DNA of 64,000 nucleotides. Origin: a virus. Lineage: Duplodnaviria; Caudoviricetes. The stretch covers positions 64,001 through 128,000 of the IMG/VR virus record IMGVR_UViG_3300032123_000052; one strand, written 5' to 3'. Below the pieces are notes generated by a model. The model ran no database searches, was not told where the DNA came from, and saw only the letters and a program-made list of their open reading frames with translations. A program made the position numbers and the translations under genes. Shown piece by piece: positions 45,775 through 56,162 of this stretch. The stretch's first letter is position 1. Every line of letters begins with the position of its first letter.

Positions 45775-46860
45775 ATGTTATACACACAGCAGAGTACAGC
45801 CACAATTGCCAGTGGAAATTCAAGCGTAGATAAGACATTGGCTTCTAATATAACTGATTTGTCAAGAGCATTTCTTTTGATGTGGTCAACAGGTCCTAAT
45901 GATTCTAATTCTATTGCTACAGGATACCTGTGGAATGATGGCGGTACAACTAAAATAAAATTTGAACGATATGGTTCTACTCTTGATTGCAGTATTGGTT
46001 ATATGGTTGTTGAGTGTAGAAATCAAGAGTTTTCGGTACAAAGAGGAGTACAAGCATTTACTACTGCGGAAGTAACTAAAACATTAGATTTCGGTACTGC
46101 TGTAGATACTCAACGATCCCTTGTTATTGTTAACGGTAGAGGAAACATGTCTGCCGGCGATCTTAATTGCCATTGTGCTTATTTCACCGGGGAATTCACG
46201 AACGTAGTAGCTAACTCTACGGATGATATTATATTGACAAGAGGGGCATCTGCAAGTTTAACTGGTACTGCTAGATATGAAGTTGTCGAATGGTCTTCCG
46301 CATCTGGTGTTACTGTGCAAACTGGAGAAAAAGATTGTTCTGGAGATTTATCGTCTGGAGTTACTGATACAATAGACACAGCCGTAACACCTGCAAGAAC
46401 ATGGCTTTATACCACTTACCGACATGCAGTTACAGGTCTTGAACAGACCTCAATTAGAGACGTGTTGACAAACGGGACAACCATTACTTTTGATAGATAT
46501 GATGAAACGTCTTCTTATCAATCATATGGTAGGTGGTGGATTATAGAGTTTCCGGCAAATGGCGTTATAGTAGAGCACTTGACAGATGAAATTGCCAGTG
46601 CGGATGCTACAGAAGATACACCATGTACAGCAATCACCCTGGCAAACTCTTATATATGGGCTGGAAATAATGTTAACGGTACAGGCAATGCCATTCCCAG
46701 AGATAGATTGTATTGGCAATTCACCTCTACAACAAATACAAGAGCAACTCGCGTATATACTGGACAAGCCGCCCAATTAGCTGTACAGACTATAGATACT
46801 TCTGCATGGGATACATCTCCAACAGGTGGTAATCCTTGGTATGCTTATTCACAACAATAA
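45775..46860 (+). CDS. Thr/Ser-rich structural (fibre/appendage-like) protein
   Basis: 361 aa with about three internal repeats (..VVE....F.VQRG / ..VVEW....VTVQTG / ..IIEF....VIVEH). Confidence 0.55.
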   Translation: MLYTQQSTATIASGNSSVDKTLASNITDLSRAFLLMWSTGPNDSNSIATGYLWNDGGTTKIKFERYGSTLDCSIGYMVVECRNQEFSVQRGVQAFTTAEVTKTLDFGTAVDTQRSLVIVNGRGNMSAGDLNCHCAYFTGEFTNVVANSTDDIILTRGASASLTGTARYEVVEWSSASGVTVQTGEKDCSGDLSSGVTDTIDTAVTPARTWLYTTYRHAVTGLEQTSIRDVLTNGTTITFDRYDETSSYQSYGRWWIIEFPANGVIVEHLTDEIASADATEDTPCTAITLANSYIWAGNNVNGTGNAIPRDRLYWQFTSTTNTRATRVYTGQAAQLAVQTIDTSAWDTSPTGGNPWYAYSQQ

Positions 46861-46878
46861 ATTAATAAGAGGTTTATT

Positions 46879-49800
46879 ATGCCAACAATTTGGATGGACG
46901 TAGATGCAGCATTAAGTGAAGTGCCAGTTAATATTCTTGCACTAATTGATGACACTGATTTCAAAACAAGAGAAGAGTCTGTCACTTATAATCAAGCCGG
47001 CATGGATCTTGTATGGAATTTTGTATCTACCGCAGGAGTTTTTACTCAAACTGCTGTTACTCCTACATCAGGTGGTGATTATGATTGGGTAAACCAAGGA
47101 AATGGCATATATACAATAGAAATACCTGCTTCTGGAGGTGCTTCAATAAACAATGATATTGAAGGATTTGGATGGTTTGTTGGATATGTAACTGGTATTT
47201 TACCATGGAGAGGACCAATAGTTGGATTTAGAGCTGCTGCACTAAACAACGCTTTGATTGATGGTGGCGATGTTCTTGATATCAATACTACACAATGGAA
47301 TGGTACAAATGTAGCTACTCCTACTGTAGCTGGTGTTCCTGAAGTTGATGTTACTCACATAGAAGGTGCTTCTCAATCAGCAACAGATCTTAAAGATTTT
47401 GCTGATGCTGGATATGATCCTGCTACTAATAAAGTTCAAGGTGTTGTTTTGGTAGATACTACTACAACCAATACTGATATGGTAGGAACTAATGGTGCCA
47501 ATACAACAATTCCTGACGTAGCCGGTATCGCAGCAACTCTTCATGGAATAACAGATGGTAAAATTGATGATGTACAAACAACTGTAGATGCAATAGAAAC
47601 AGACACTCAAGATCTTCAAACACAAATTGGCACTGCTGGTGTTGGCTTAACTGATTTAGGTGGAATGTCTACTGGAATGAAAGCAGAAGTTAATATAGAA
47701 GCCGACGCTGCCTTAACAGACTATGATCCTCCTACAAGAACTGAAGCTACTGCTGACAAAAATGAAATAATTGTAGAAGTTGATGCTAATGAAACTAAAA
47801 TAGATGCAATACAAACAACTGCTAATGCAATAGAGGTGGACACACAGGATATCCAGAATTCTATTGGTATTGTTGAAGATTTAGGCAATGGTACTACGTT
47901 AGCTAAAAACAATAGAGACATTGCAGGTGCCACATTTATTACAGGTACTGATTCAAATGAAGCAATAAGAGATAGAGGTGATACTGCATGGACCACAGGA
48001 GCTGGTGGTGACGCTACTGAAGCTAAACAAGATTCCATAATTGCCACAATCGGTACTGCTGGTGCTGGATTAAATGATTTAGGTGGAATGTCTACAGCAA
48101 TGAAAGCCGAAGTTAATATAGAGGCTGATGCCGCACTATCTGATTATGATCCTCCTACAAGAACTGAAGCTACTTCGGATAAAGATGAAATAATTGTAGA
48201 AATTGATGCTAATGAAACTAAAATAGATGCTGTACAAACTACTGTTGACAATATTGAAACTGATACACAAGATCTTCAAGGAAGATTACCAGCATCATTA
48301 ATTGCAGGTAGAATTGATGCTGATACGACTGCTATTAGTGGTGATGTAACTGCAGCAAACAATCTTGAATTAGACTATGATGGTACTGGTTATGCAAAAA
48401 CAAATTCAATAATTGGCACAACAACAACAAATACCGATATGGTAGGAACCAATGGTGCAAATACAACGGTTCCTGATATTGCTGGTACTGCTGCTACACT
48501 TCATGGGATAACTGATGGTAAAGTTGATGATGTACAAACTACTGTTGACAATATTGAAACAGACACGCAGGATCTTCAAAGTTCAATTGGTACTGTTGAA
48601 GATTTAGGAAATGGCACTACATTGGCTAAGAATAATAGAGATATTGCAGGCGCCACATTCGCAACTGGTACTGATTCAAATGAATCAATAAGAGATAGGG
48701 GAGACGCTGCATGGTTAACTGGCGGTGGTGGAGCAATATCTCAAATAATTAATCCTAATCAAGTTATTCCTATTTCTATAGACCTTGCAAACACATCAAC
48801 TGTTAGACTTGGATTTATGTTAATAAATGCTGTAGATGATCTTCCAAGCACAGCCGAAATAACTCCTGGAACAATAAGTATTGAAAGAAAAGCTATTGGT
48901 GGAGCTTCATGGAGTGCTATTATAACTGATGCTGCATGTAGTGAACAGGCCGGTATGGTTTATTATGATGAGGTTTTTGATACGGGGGCTGGATATGCAG
49001 AAGGTGATTCAATAAGAATAACCTTTAAATCCCAATCAGTTATAGCAGATGCAAATACATTTGAAATTACTGATAGTAATGGTGTAAGTTTTCAAACATA
49101 TATCAGAGAAACAATGAGAGGCACAAATAGTGCAAATACAACAGTCCCTGATATTGCTGGTACAGCAGCTACTTTACATGGAATTACTGATGGTAAAGTT
49201 GATACAGTTGATACTAAGGTTGATACTATTGACACTGTTGTCGATGCCATTAAAGTTGTTACTGATGTTCTTCCAAACGCAGGTGCGTTGACAGATATTG
49301 ATACTGGAATAAACAACATTGAGGCGAAACTTCCTACTAATTATATTATGGGATCCTCTATACAGGCTGATAAAGATGACGAAATCGACTCAATTAAAAC
49401 AACTGTTGAAGCACTGAACAATATCTCATCTGGTGATGTACAAACAGCTTGTGATACCGCGATTACCGCCAATACTGATATTGACAATATCGATTCTGGT
49501 GTTAATAATATTGAAGCTAAACTTCCTACCAATTATATCATGGGATCGTCTGTACAGACTGACAAAGATGACGAGATTGACGCAATCAAAGTAGTTACTG
49601 ATGTTCTTCCAAACTCAGGCGCACTCACTGATATTGATGCCGGTGTAAATAATATTGAAGCAAAACTTCCAAGCAAAACATATCTCACCGGAACTACAAA
49701 TGCTGATGGTGATGTTCAGCTTGATGAGGCAACTGGCGCATTGCCTGCTGGCGCATTCGCGAACCATCCAACTGTTGGTCTTAATGATGACGCTATCACT

Positions 49801-52800
49801 GCTTCAAAATTCGATGAAACTACTGCATATCCTATTGCCTCTGCTGATTCTGGTTCAACTGCCGTTGCAAGAGTTGGGGCTGATGGCGATACCCTTGAAA
49901 CTCTTTCTGATCAGATTGATGGCGTGCAGACAAGTGTTGACGGTATTCAGAATAATACGAAATTTGTTGCTACAGTTCCAACCAACATGCTGATACCTGA
50001 CTCCGGCGACACGATGTACAAAATTACTGCTCACTTTTATGATTCAGATGGCAATATGGAAGATCCTGACAACGACGAAATTAATATCCTTTATGAAGAT
50101 GTGTCAGGCGCTGATAAAGACGCATTTTTCGACGATGCAGGCGGGTCAACTGGCGCAACTGCTGGCGTAATAGATGTGAATATGTGGCAGATGGTAAGGG
50201 CCAGTACAGGTGTTTATGAGTCATATTATAAACTTCCTAATACCGAGACGCCGGAACAATGGACCGCTTCATTTAAGCTTGAGGAGGCGTCTTCGTTGCT
50301 TAATTATTCTCGCAGCACGAATGTTGTCGAAGAGGCCCCTGGCTCGACCACACTGGCTGACAATACGGTGAATAAAGATATTATCGCCGAAGCCCTGAAA
50401 GAACGTGATGTGTCTGGTGCTGGGGCGGTGTCTGGTTCTATTTACCAAGACATAAATGATAATATCGACACGAATGAAACTAAGATTGACACAATATACA
50501 CAGAAGTTGGTTTAATTAAAACTGCAACAGACGCACTGCCTAATGCTGGGGCCCTGACAGACATCGACACTGGCATTAATAACATTGAGGCGAAACTTCC
50601 AAGTAAATCATATATCGCAGGCACAGCCAATCCTGATGGTGATATCCAACTCGATGAAGCAACTGGTGCTCTTGTAGTTGGTGCTTATGCCAATCATCCT
50701 GATGTCGATTTAAACGCTAATCAAAGCGGTGTGACCGTAGGAACAGTTAATGCTCTTGGTACTCAAGCAAAAGCTGATGTACAAGCAGAATGTGATTCTG
50801 CGATTACAGCAAACACCGATATTAACAATATTGACACCGGCGTTAACAACATCGAAACCAAATTGCCATCAAAGTCATATCTCGCAGGAACGGCAAACTC
50901 AGATGGTGATGTTCAGCTTGATGAAGCAACTGGGGCATTGCCAGCCGGTGCATTTACAAATCATCCTGATGTTGATTTGAATGCTGATCAAAGTGCTATC
51001 ACAATTGGGATTGTAAATGCTCTTGGGGCACAAGCAAAATTAGACGTTAATGCCGAAGCCGATATAGCTCTATCAGATATCGGATTAGACCATTTGATTC
51101 AGGTTGCGGTGGCCGGAACTGACGTTACTGACAATTCGATTATAGCACAAATAGTATCAAAGTCGGCAACAGCTGATTGGGACACCTTTGATAATACAAC
51201 AGATGCACTTGAAGCAATTTCTGATTCTGGTGGCGGTGGACTTACAGCGCAGCAGGTTAGAGACGCTATGAAGCTTGCTCCTACGGTTGGAGCGCCAGAT
51301 GTTGGGTCGGTTGACAATCATTTAGATGATATTCAAGCTGTAACAGACAATCTTCCAAACAGCGGTTCTTTAACCGACATTGATACTGGTGTGAATAATA
51401 TCGAAGCGAAACTTCCAACTAATTATATTATGGGATCGTCTGTGCAGACAGACAAAGACGATGAAATCGATTCGATTAAATCAACTGTTGAAGGCTTAAA
51501 CGACCTGTCTGCAGCCCAAGTAAATGCTGAGGTTGACACTGCGTTATCAGATATCCGTCTTGACGAGCTTATGACATCCGCTATTGCAAGCCAGCCGGTT
51601 GCCGGATCAATATTTGCAGACCTGACTGAGGATGATGGTGGAACCCAGAGATTCAACGCCAACGCCCTTGAGCAGGCGCCAACCGGTGGAACCAATCCAA
51701 ATGTTCTGATTGATACAACAATCAACGTCGTTACAGATCAAACTCATTTTACACTTAACTCAGGATCAAACGATGATGATGCTTATAAAAACCAGGCATT
51801 TGTCGTATATGATGCGAGCGATAGTGACTCCCCGTCTATAAGAGTATGTGCTGGTTACGTTGGTTCTACAAGAACTGTAACTCTTGATTCCGCTCCAGAT
51901 TTTACAATCATAAGTGGCGATGGGGCCAAAGCTTTTGTAACCGCTCCTGGAACATCGGCACCAACTGTTGGTCAAATACGGACTGAGATGGATGACAATT
52001 CGACCAAGCTTATCGCTATTGACACTGGTGTTGATAACATTGAGCTAAAACTGCCAACCAATTATATCATGGGATCAAGCGCTCAAACTGATAAGGATGA
52101 TGAAATCGACGCAATTAAGGCGGTTACTGACTTGCTGCCGAACTCTGGGGCGCTTACTGATATTGATACCGGTATAAATGCTATTGAGGCGAAATTGCCT
52201 ACTGATTATATCATGGGATCATCTGTACAAACAGCCAAAGATGATGAAATCGATTCTATCAAATCTACCGTTGAAGGTTTGAATAACCTGTCTGCTGCTG
52301 AAGTAAATGCAGAAGTAGACACCGCACTGTCTGATATTGGATTGGACCACTTGGTGCAAGTTGCTGTCGCCGGAACAGATATCGTAGACAATTCGATTAT
52401 AGCACAAATTGTATCAAAGAGCGCTACTGCTGACTGGGATACATTTGATAATACGACAGACTCTCTTGAGGCTAATACTGATTCATTGTCTATGGTTGAT
52501 GGAAAAGTTGATACTATAGATACTGTAGTAGATGCGATTAAGGTTGTTGCTGACTTGCTTCCGAATGGTGGAGCGCTTACCGATATTGATACCGGTGTAA
52601 ATAACACAGAAGCGAAGCTACCAACAAATTATATCATGGGGTCTTCTGTGCAGTCTGGAAAAGACGATGAAATAGATTCTATCAAATCAACAGTTGAAGG
52701 TTTGAATGATTTGTCTTCAGTTAATGTGCAGGCTGCTTGTGACGCCGCAATAACGGCCAATACTGATATCAATGATATTGATACTGGTGTTAATAATATA

Positions 52801-53787
52801 GAAGCTAAATTGCCTTCGAAAAGTTATCTGACAGGATCAAATAATACAGATGGTGATATCGAACTTGATGAAGCAACTGGTGCTTTTGCAGCTGGTGCGT
52901 ACACTAATCATCCTGATGTGGACTTAAATTCTGATCAGAGTGCAGTAACAATTGGTACCGTAAATGCCCTTGGTGCTCAAGCAAAACTCGATGTGAATGC
53001 AGAGTGCGATACTGCCCTCAGTGATATCGGTCTTGACCATTTGATCCAAGTTGCTGTAACTGGAGCAGATGTAACGGATGACTCAATCATTGCAAACATA
53101 GTTTCTAAAGCGGCAACCCCTGACTGGGACACTTTCGACAATACCACAGATTCATTAGAAGCGATTGTCGATGGAGGTGGGGCTGGACTTAGCGCTCAGG
53201 AGGTTAGAGATGCAATGAAACTCACTCCGACCGGCGGAGCTCCTGCGTCCGGTTCTGTGGATGAGCACTTAGATACCATTATAACAGATGTCGGAACAGT
53301 CGATACTGTTGTTGACGCTATTAAAGTGGTAACCGATGCTTTGCCGAACTCCGGTGCTTTGACAGATATAGATACTGGAATTAATAATATCGAAGCTAAG
53401 CTACCTACTAATTATATCATGGGATCGTCTGTCCAAGCTAATAAGGATGATGAGATCGATGCTATTAAAGTCCGTATTGAACTTGCGCTTCCTAATGCAG
53501 CCCCGAGTGGGGCTGCTGGCCTACCTACAGTTGATGCATCGAACCATATTGTAGGAGTCCAAGGTTCTAAAAATGTATTTGATGATCTAAATGATATTAA
53601 TAATAGTGACATCCTCGGTATGGCTATTGATGGAACTGCCACATTTGCAATAGCAATGAAACAGATATTGGCTTATTGTGGCAATGATATAACCAGATCT
53701 GGCGACGTATACACTTATAGAAATTATGACGACAATGCTAACACTATGGCAATAACAGGCTCGGATTCAGGAAGAGTTCGTTCATGA
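46879..53787 (+). CDS. Giant Asp/Thr/Ala-rich mosaic-repeat protein (tail fibre/whisker-like)
   Basis: 2302 aa; 11 copies of DIDTG[VI]NNIEAKLP-like module and several other 2-3x modules. Confidence 0.8.
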   Translation: MPTIWMDVDAALSEVPVNILALIDDTDFKTREESVTYNQAGMDLVWNFVSTAGVFTQTAVTPTSGGDYDWVNQGNGIYTIEIPASGGASINNDIEGFGWFVGYVTGILPWRGPIVGFRAAALNNALIDGGDVLDINTTQWNGTNVATPTVAGVPEVDVTHIEGASQSATDLKDFADAGYDPATNKVQGVVLVDTTTTNTDMVGTNGANTTIPDVAGIAATLHGITDGKIDDVQTTVDAIETDTQDLQTQIGTAGVGLTDLGGMSTGMKAEVNIEADAALTDYDPPTRTEATADKNEIIVEVDANETKIDAIQTTANAIEVDTQDIQNSIGIVEDLGNGTTLAKNNRDIAGATFITGTDSNEAIRDRGDTAWTTGAGGDATEAKQDSIIATIGTAGAGLNDLGGMSTAMKAEVNIEADAALSDYDPPTRTEATSDKDEIIVEIDANETKIDAVQTTVDNIETDTQDLQGRLPASLIAGRIDADTTAISGDVTAANNLELDYDGTGYAKTNSIIGTTTTNTDMVGTNGANTTVPDIAGTAATLHGITDGKVDDVQTTVDNIETDTQDLQSSIGTVEDLGNGTTLAKNNRDIAGATFATGTDSNESIRDRGDAAWLTGGGGAISQIINPNQVIPISIDLANTSTVRLGFMLINAVDDLPSTAEITPGTISIERKAIGGASWSAIITDAACSEQAGMVYYDEVFDTGAGYAEGDSIRITFKSQSVIADANTFEITDSNGVSFQTYIRETMRGTNSANTTVPDIAGTAATLHGITDGKVDTVDTKVDTIDTVVDAIKVVTDVLPNAGALTDIDTGINNIEAKLPTNYIMGSSIQADKDDEIDSIKTTVEALNNISSGDVQTACDTAITANTDIDNIDSGVNNIEAKLPTNYIMGSSVQTDKDDEIDAIKVVTDVLPNSGALTDIDAGVNNIEAKLPSKTYLTGTTNADGDVQLDEATGALPAGAFANHPTVGLNDDAITASKFDETTAYPIASADSGSTAVARVGADGDTLETLSDQIDGVQTSVDGIQNNTKFVATVPTNMLIPDSGDTMYKITAHFYDSDGNMEDPDNDEINILYEDVSGADKDAFFDDAGGSTGATAGVIDVNMWQMVRASTGVYESYYKLPNTETPEQWTASFKLEEASSLLNYSRSTNVVEEAPGSTTLADNTVNKDIIAEALKERDVSGAGAVSGSIYQDINDNIDTNETKIDTIYTEVGLIKTATDALPNAGALTDIDTGINNIEAKLPSKSYIAGTANPDGDIQLDEATGALVVGAYANHPDVDLNANQSGVTVGTVNALGTQAKADVQAECDSAITANTDINNIDTGVNNIETKLPSKSYLAGTANSDGDVQLDEATGALPAGAFTNHPDVDLNADQSAITIGIVNALGAQAKLDVNAEADIALSDIGLDHLIQVAVAGTDVTDNSIIAQIVSKSATADWDTFDNTTDALEAISDSGGGGLTAQQVRDAMKLAPTVGAPDVGSVDNHLDDIQAVTDNLPNSGSLTDIDTGVNNIEAKLPTNYIMGSSVQTDKDDEIDSIKSTVEGLNDLSAAQVNAEVDTALSDIRLDELMTSAIASQPVAGSIFADLTEDDGGTQRFNANALEQAPTGGTNPNVLIDTTINVVTDQTHFTLNSGSNDDDAYKNQAFVVYDASDSDSPSIRVCAGYVGSTRTVTLDSAPDFTIISGDGAKAFVTAPGTSAPTVGQIRTEMDDNSTKLIAIDTGVDNIELKLPTNYIMGSSAQTDKDDEIDAIKAVTDLLPNSGALTDIDTGINAIEAKLPTDYIMGSSVQTAKDDEIDSIKSTVEGLNNLSAAEVNAEVDTALSDIGLDHLVQVAVAGTDIVDNSIIAQIVSKSATADWDTFDNTTDSLEANTDSLSMVDGKVDTIDTVVDAIKVVADLLPNGGALTDIDTGVNNTEAKLPTNYIMGSSVQSGKDDEIDSIKSTVEGLNDLSSVNVQAACDAAITANTDINDIDTGVNNIEAKLPSKSYLTGSNNTDGDIELDEATGAFAAGAYTNHPDVDLNSDQSAVTIGTVNALGAQAKLDVNAECDTALSDIGLDHLIQVAVTGADVTDDSIIANIVSKAATPDWDTFDNTTDSLEAIVDGGGAGLSAQEVRDAMKLTPTGGAPASGSVDEHLDTIITDVGTVDTVVDAIKVVTDALPNSGALTDIDTGINNIEAKLPTNYIMGSSVQANKDDEIDAIKVRIELALPNAAPSGAAGLPTVDASNHIVGVQGSKNVFDDLNDINNSDILGMAIDGTATFAIAMKQILAYCGNDITRSGDVYTYRNYDDNANTMAITGSDSGRVRS

Positions 53788-53993
53788 TCATGAATGCTAA
53801 TCAAATATACCAGAAAGCCTTTGATGATGAACTTGAGAAGTTTGGATTCAGGATTCCCAGCCTATCCAAAATAGAAAAAATTATTGATTATGGTAAAAAA
53901 TTAAAACAGCGGTTTGAAGAAAAATACGAATCGCGTAAAAAGAAAAAGCGAAAACATAGACGGGGTTCATCTTTTGTTTTTTTTGGGAAATAA
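53784..53993 (+). CDS. Small basic protein with YQKAFDDELEKFG tag
   Basis: 69 aa; overlaps the upstream stop. Confidence 0.6.
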   Translation: MIMNANQIYQKAFDDELEKFGFRIPSLSKIEKIIDYGKKLKQRFEEKYESRKKKKRKHRRGSSFVFFGK

Positions 53994-53996
53994 TAT

Positions 53997-54218
53997 ATGG
54001 CTCTTTTGGGACCAAGATCAATAATAGTTGGAGGGTGGTTTGGTGCCGATGGTGTGTCTGCGCCAGATATCAATCTCATAACAGATGGTTGGTTTTTACC
54101 ATTACCACCAGTTGAGATAAAAGCTATATATATTAATAGTGATGGTAATTATGAGGAGATTGGTGTTCCATTATTGGGATTACATGAAGACGGTTATTAT
54201 AAAGAGGTTGATCCTTAA
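53997..54218 (+). CDS. Small hypothetical protein
   Basis: 73 aa in the co-oriented cluster. Confidence 0.55.
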   Translation: MALLGPRSIIVGGWFGADGVSAPDINLITDGWFLPLPPVEIKAIYINSDGNYEEIGVPLLGLHEDGYYKEVDP

Positions 54219-54256
54219 ACATCACATTTTCCCTGTTCAAAGGTATGGGAGACATT

Positions 54257-54625
54257 ATGAGCGAATCTGTGGACAGGGAGCTTGGAAAGTTATCTCAACA
54301 GATTGAGAATACAGCCAAAAACCTTGGAGATGTAAAAAACGACCTTACACGCCTATTCGACACTGTTGATGAAGATTCTAAAGGAATTGTCAAGGAAATA
54401 GCGGTATATAAAGTTCAACAAAAAGAAACAATCAGAAGATTCGATGATTTAAAAAAAGAAGTTTCTGATAATAAAAATGCCATAATAAAAGAGCGTGAGG
54501 AGAGGATAACATTTGAAACAGAAACTAAAGCTGGTGTTAAATTTACAAAAAACGCAGCACTCATTCTCGGAACGCTGGCAACACTCATCAGTGCCGCGGC
54601 TGCTTTATTTGTATTGTTAACTTAG
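54257..54625 (+). CDS. Coiled-coil protein with C-terminal transmembrane helix (holin/XhlA-like candidate)
   Basis: Heptad-like N-terminus; ALILGTLATLISAAAALFVLL C-terminus; GGGAG RBS favours ATG 54257 over 54245. Confidence 0.5.
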   Translation: MSESVDRELGKLSQQIENTAKNLGDVKNDLTRLFDTVDEDSKGIVKEIAVYKVQQKETIRRFDDLKKEVSDNKNAIIKEREERITFETETKAGVKFTKNAALILGTLATLISAAAALFVLLT

Positions 54626-54634
54626 GAGTTTAAT

Positions 54635-55075
54635 ATGAAGATAGCAATTATAGTAAATGATGACAAAGCTATATACTATCTACAAGATGCAATAAATAAA
54701 ACAGCCGATTGGGATGTAAGTTTCTTCTCAGACTCTCAAGGATTTGGCATGTTTGACGTATCTTACTTTAATGTTATTATCGCAAGCTACGATCTTCCAT
54801 CTATTAATGGGCAAGATTTGCTTCAAGCAATTCATGAGAAAACATCTGCAGATCTATATCTTCTGTGCGATTCTGTTGATTGTATTTCAAAAACGGATCT
54901 ATCTAGGAATTATATCAAAGGTGTAATAAAGAAAGATGTCTTATCAATAATAAATAAACTGCATTATCTTGAAACAAAATATAGAATTAAAGAAATGATT
55001 TCGACTGAAGAAGAAAAATGGTGTTTTGCCACCAGGAGGATAGAAGCATTGACACTCGCCGTGAATGCAAAATAG
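54635..55075 (+). CDS. CheY-like receiver domain protein, phospho-acceptor Asp absent
   Basis: KIAIIVNDD, VIIASYDLPSINGQDLL. Confidence 0.65.
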   Translation: MKIAIIVNDDKAIYYLQDAINKTADWDVSFFSDSQGFGMFDVSYFNVIIASYDLPSINGQDLLQAIHEKTSADLYLLCDSVDCISKTDLSRNYIKGVIKKDVLSIINKLHYLETKYRIKEMISTEEEKWCFATRRIEALTLAVNAK

Positions 55076-55226
55076 ATAGAATAATGCCTATTTTTGAAAA
55101 CCAAGAAGAGGCAGTTAGTTTCTTATATACTTAAAGTAATGATTTTAGGAGCTTATCTTTTGCCTTTCGAGTCTTTTAGACTTATATTATAAATAGATAA
55201 TGCTCTTTGAAATTGAATGAAAAATT

Positions 55227-56147
55227 ATGGTATCATTTACAAACTTCCCCTTAAAAGCTATCACCGACGGTGTAATAAGTTATACCAAATTCTTATTTCT
55301 TAATGAGAATATCACACCGCCTTCATACCGCTATTCTGAAGATGACAGAGCAAGCCGTTTAAGGATACAGGGGCCGTTTGTTATTGACAATGAAAAACCT
55401 ATGAGTGCCCCTTTTATAGTGGTTGAAAGGGGAACGTTTGTCTTTGCCAATAGTATGATAGATAATTTAAAATCAGCCACACCAAATACCTTCGAGATGA
55501 AGCAGAAGGTTGATATTATGGACGGTTATATAAATATAATCGTCGGCTCCCGATCTGCGGGAGAGGCTTCAAATATAGCAAATTTTTTAGCTATTAATTA
55601 CCAGGCTGACCGTCATGGGATTATAAGTGAATTAAAGTTTGTGCGAAATTTTAATTATGTTGACGTTGGGCCAGAAGTACCGGTTTTTAAAGACTCTGAG
55701 GTAAAAAGATGGGAAGTAACCTTACGAATAATGGTGTCTATGCAGATAGGATGGGCAACAACGATACGCGATCCAGAACCGTGGAATAAAGTATCAATAT
55801 ATGCTGTTAACTCAAATTGGGGAAGCTCCTCAAACACCGGTATAGTAGCAGAAGGTCTTGATACATTAACTGATGCGAATGCAAATTTTGGACTGCTTGA
55901 AACAAGTGATCCGAGACTTATTGAAAAAGAGCTGCAAGAAGGGTATTATTATATTAAGTTCGCTAACGGCGATCAGTTTTATCCAGTTGCAGACATTGTG
56001 GACCCGAACACTTTGCAACTTCTGACGCATGACACAAACGGGGACCCAGTACCATACTCAGCGCCAGAAAGTGCTGTAGATTTAGAATATGAATTGTATT
56101 GGAATTGTGTACATATACGCGGTGATATTCCGAACAATAATACTTAA
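55227..56147 (+). CDS. Putative tail terminator/completion protein
   Basis: Directly upstream of the sheath; APFIVVERG and WEVTLRIMV beta segments. Confidence 0.5.
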   Translation: MVSFTNFPLKAITDGVISYTKFLFLNENITPPSYRYSEDDRASRLRIQGPFVIDNEKPMSAPFIVVERGTFVFANSMIDNLKSATPNTFEMKQKVDIMDGYINIIVGSRSAGEASNIANFLAINYQADRHGIISELKFVRNFNYVDVGPEVPVFKDSEVKRWEVTLRIMVSMQIGWATTIRDPEPWNKVSIYAVNSNWGSSSNTGIVAEGLDTLTDANANFGLLETSDPRLIEKELQEGYYYIKFANGDQFYPVADIVDPNTLQLLTHDTNGDPVPYSAPESAVDLEYELYWNCVHIRGDIPNNNT

Positions 56148-56162
56148 GCAAGGAGATATAAA

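Noticed and set aside
46879-53787. CRISPR array or DNA-level tandem repeat array
   Set aside because: Repeats are in-frame protein modules with synonymous divergence and no repeat-spacer periodicity
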